The notes beneath the pieces were generated by a model that was not told where the DNA came from, searched no databases, and worked only from the letters and a program-made list of their open reading frames with translations. A DNA stretch of 63,996 nt, the filler included, from Saprolegnia diclina VS20 (taxonomy: Eukaryota): assembly GCF_000281045.1 (NCBI RefSeq). It is 6 parts of 2 records of this genome, joined end to end, with 100 filler letters (N's around TTAATTAATTAA, not from the genome) between each part and the next. Parts side by side here need not be neighbours in the genome. Positions count along the whole stretch, not along the records: positions 49,751 to 62,765 come from NW_008246177.1; positions 62,866 to 63,996 come from NW_008246180.1; 4 more parts are not named here. One strand, written 5' to 3'. Both the position numbers and the translations under genes were made by a program. Positions 61,546 to 63,996 of the stretch are shown piece after piece (position 1 is the stretch's first letter; each line of letters starts with the position of its first letter).

Positions 61546-62765
61546 ATGGCCGCCCAAGACCAAACCGACCACAAGATCACGTCGCTGCCAGGCTTCGCCG
61601 ATGACATCAGCTTTGACCAGTACGCGGGTCAGCTCACGCTGCCGTCGAACGGCCAGCGCATGTTCTACTGGCTCGTTGAGGCCGAAGAGAACCCGTCGAC
61701 GGCGCCGCTTGTGCTTTGGCTCAACGGCGGCCCTGGCTGCTCGTCCCTTATCGGCTTCTTCACGGAACTCGGCCCGTTTGTCGTGAATAGCGACCTCTCG
61801 CTGAAGCGGAACCCGTATGCGTGGAACCGCAAGGTCAACATGGTCTTCCTCGAGTCGCCGGCTGGCGTCGGCTTTAGTCAACCCGTCCTCAACGCGACCG
61901 ACTACAATGACGACGTGACAACAGCGCGCACGTACGAGTTCCTGCAGCAATTTTTTGCCAAGTACGCCAAGTATACCAACCGGGACTTCTACATCACGGG
62001 CGAGAGCTACGCCGGCATGTACCTTCCGTGGCTCGCCAACAAGCTCGTTTCGACGCCGCTAACCTCAGTGACCTTCAAGGGTTTTGCGCTCGGGAATGGC
62101 TACACGGACGAAACCATCGACGGCAACTCGTACGTTGACTACCTCTACACGCACGCGCTTCTTTCGCTTTCCGACTACTCGGCCATCAACACGGCATGTC
62201 CGGGTGCCGGCATCGCCGAGTGCCAAGTGACGGATGACTGCCCCGCCAAGTGCAAGACCGCGATGAGCTCCGTCCTTGACCGCGTCAACATGACGGCCAT
62301 GAACGAGTATTACATCTACGGTGACATATGCCTCTTCAGCAACATGGACCAAGTCGCCGCGTTGCGCCCGCGCAATGACATTCGGCCGATGCACCGCGGC
62401 GTCTACGGCCCCTGCGCCGATTTGTACACCGACGCCTACTTGCACCAGGCCTCCGTGCACGCGGCACTGCATCTCCCTGCGTCTGACACTGTTGTGCCGT
62501 GGGCGAGCTGCAACGACGCTGTCAGCGACGCCTACGCGCGGTCTTCCTCGGCGCTCGCCAAGTACCCCGAGATCCTCCAGGCCGGCCTCAAAGTACTCGT
62601 GTACAGCGGCGACGCGGACTCCAACGTCAACTTTATGGGCACCCAGCGCTGGCTCACACAAGGTCTCAACCTGTCTGTCGAGAGCAAGTGGAAGGCGTGG
62701 TTCGGCCCGGACAAGCAGCTCGCGGGCTACACGGAGGGCTACACCAACCTCACGTTTACGACGAT
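61546..62765 (+). CDS. Serine carboxypeptidase S10, copy 3 (3' end cut by scaffold end)
   Basis: LWLNGGPGCSS, GESYAG, YSGDAD. Confidence 0.93.
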
Positions 62766-63087
62766 NNNNNNNNNNNNNNNNNNNNNNNNNNNNNNNNNNN
62801 NNNNNNNNNTTAATTAATTAANNNNNNNNNNNNNNNNNNNNNNNNNNNNNNNNNNNNNNNNNNNNCTGCTTCTCGAAGAACTGCCAGTTATCGTGCATAT
62901 CTTTGGTCATGACGCAGACACCACCCGTATTTGCTGTTGGTACACGTTATGAAATCCAATAACAGTTATTACGACATCCGACGAGTACCGCATAAACTGT
63001 GGGGAACTAACAAACGTGCCTAATAAAAGCGAAGAAGAGAAGAAGAGAAGATCGACTTTCGAATGACGTCCCATCGTCTCATCGTCC

Positions 63088-63141
63088 CGTCGTCCCAAGG
63101 ATTCCCTTGCGTCGTCCCAAGGATTCCCTTGCGTCGTCCCA
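63088..63141. repeat. 22-bp tandem repeat CGTCGTCCCAAGGATTCCCTTG, about 2.4 copies
   Basis: Units at 63088, 63110 and a partial one at 63132. Confidence 0.9.
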
Positions 63142-63308
63142 TCGCCATGTCCTTCGAAAGCTGACCTTCTATCGTGGTTGAACGACAAAAAATAGATGCC
63201 GCATAAAACCATTTGATGTTTGTATAGGCCCCATAAAGGGGCCTATTTTCGGCCTAATTTCTACCAATAGCCGTGCGCTAAACCACCAGATACAATCCGG
63301 ATACTTGT

Positions 63309-63885
63309 CAGCCAATGCCTATGCTCGATGAGGATCGCCAGCCAATGCCTATGCTCGATTTGTGATACTCGAATAGGCATTGGCCAGTGATCCCGCTAGA
63401 CGGTTGCCACAAACTTTGTGGCAACCGTCTAGCTCTGCTGCAAGCTCATGGCGTCCGCCCGTCGGTCGTGCACTGTTGTCGGGCTCAACGACCGGCAGCT
63501 CGACGACCAGCAGCTCGACGCGACTGACTGAAGCCTCTCTAGGGGCTTGTACGACTCGGATTATGCGCGGGGCGGCGAGCGAGGTGCCTTCCTATGGTAC
63601 TCACACCATAGCGTGTGCTTGCTGGGGCGTCAGCACGACGCGCAAACACGGACGCCGTCGATGGCAATGCAGCTTTGGGCTCCATGGATCGAACGGGTCG
63701 TCAGGGGCTCTATCACAGGGCGCGCGTCCCATGCTCCAAGCTGTCGAATTTGCTGTCTACGAACTTCGAGTGTTATAGAATTATTTCATTTTAAGCCAAT
63801 GCGTGTGCAGCAGCACGTGCCTCATAAATAAAATCAGCCAATGCCTGTGCTCCTAGAATGCATTATAGCCAATGCCTGTGCTCTA
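63309..63885. repeat. Dispersed AGCCAATGCCTRTGCTC motif, about 6 copies, one inverted
   Basis: Copies near 63310, 63340, 63370 (inverted), 63794, 63836 and 63867. Confidence 0.8.
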
Positions 63886-63996
63886 TTCGACCCACATCCT
63901 ACGAGGTAGTCCCCCGACATCCTTGCTCCATGGAGCGTCGTTGTCCATGTTATATAAAGAATAAGGTCTCAAGCGAGATGTAGCTCGACCGCTCGG

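Noticed and set aside
54459..62661. Long antisense ORFs over the SET and S10 genes (e.g. 54459-55556, 57963-58733, 62065-62661)
   Set aside because: Expected shadows of strong GC3 codon bias; no independent motifs.

Overview
This is eukaryotic DNA from an oomycete, most likely Saprolegniales (Saprolegnia/Achlya-like). The inference rests on 38-50 bp GT-AG introns, GC3-rich exons, an elicitin-like gene, INR-FPR core promoters and CryptonS-type sequence. It is not one contiguous locus: five artificial N...TTAATTAATTAA...N linkers join six scaffolds, and several 100-N gaps are flanked by duplicated sequence. Host genes: PHO84-like phosphate transporter, PH-RhoGAP-like protein, an intronless 831-aa Cys/His-domain protein with a C-terminal TM helix, S-formylglutathione hydrolase, CaMK-type kinase, BioD/AAA_26-like P-loop protein, SWR1/SRCAP ATPase, elicitin-like GPI protein, SNRNP35, ARP6, two tandem SMYD-like SET genes and three tandem S10 serine carboxypeptidases. 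Mobile DNA: two Harbinger/Tourist MITEs (one with its empty site visible), a LINE RT fragment, a Helitron 3' end, a complete non-autonomous Mutator with a 9-bp TSD, and an internally deleted CryptonS-like element (tyrosine recombinase plus Ulp1 protease). The best candidates for new biology are (i) a putative membrane-tethered transcription factor with an unnamed Cys/His domain, (ii) SWR1 fused to WW + F-box + beta-helix, (iii) S10 carboxypeptidases with no visible signal peptide and a C-terminal anchor, (iv) degenerate SET and RhoGAP pseudo-enzyme candidates, and (v) a 31-bp-phased palindrome array. All gene models were spliced by eye, so exact boundaries need RNA-seq.
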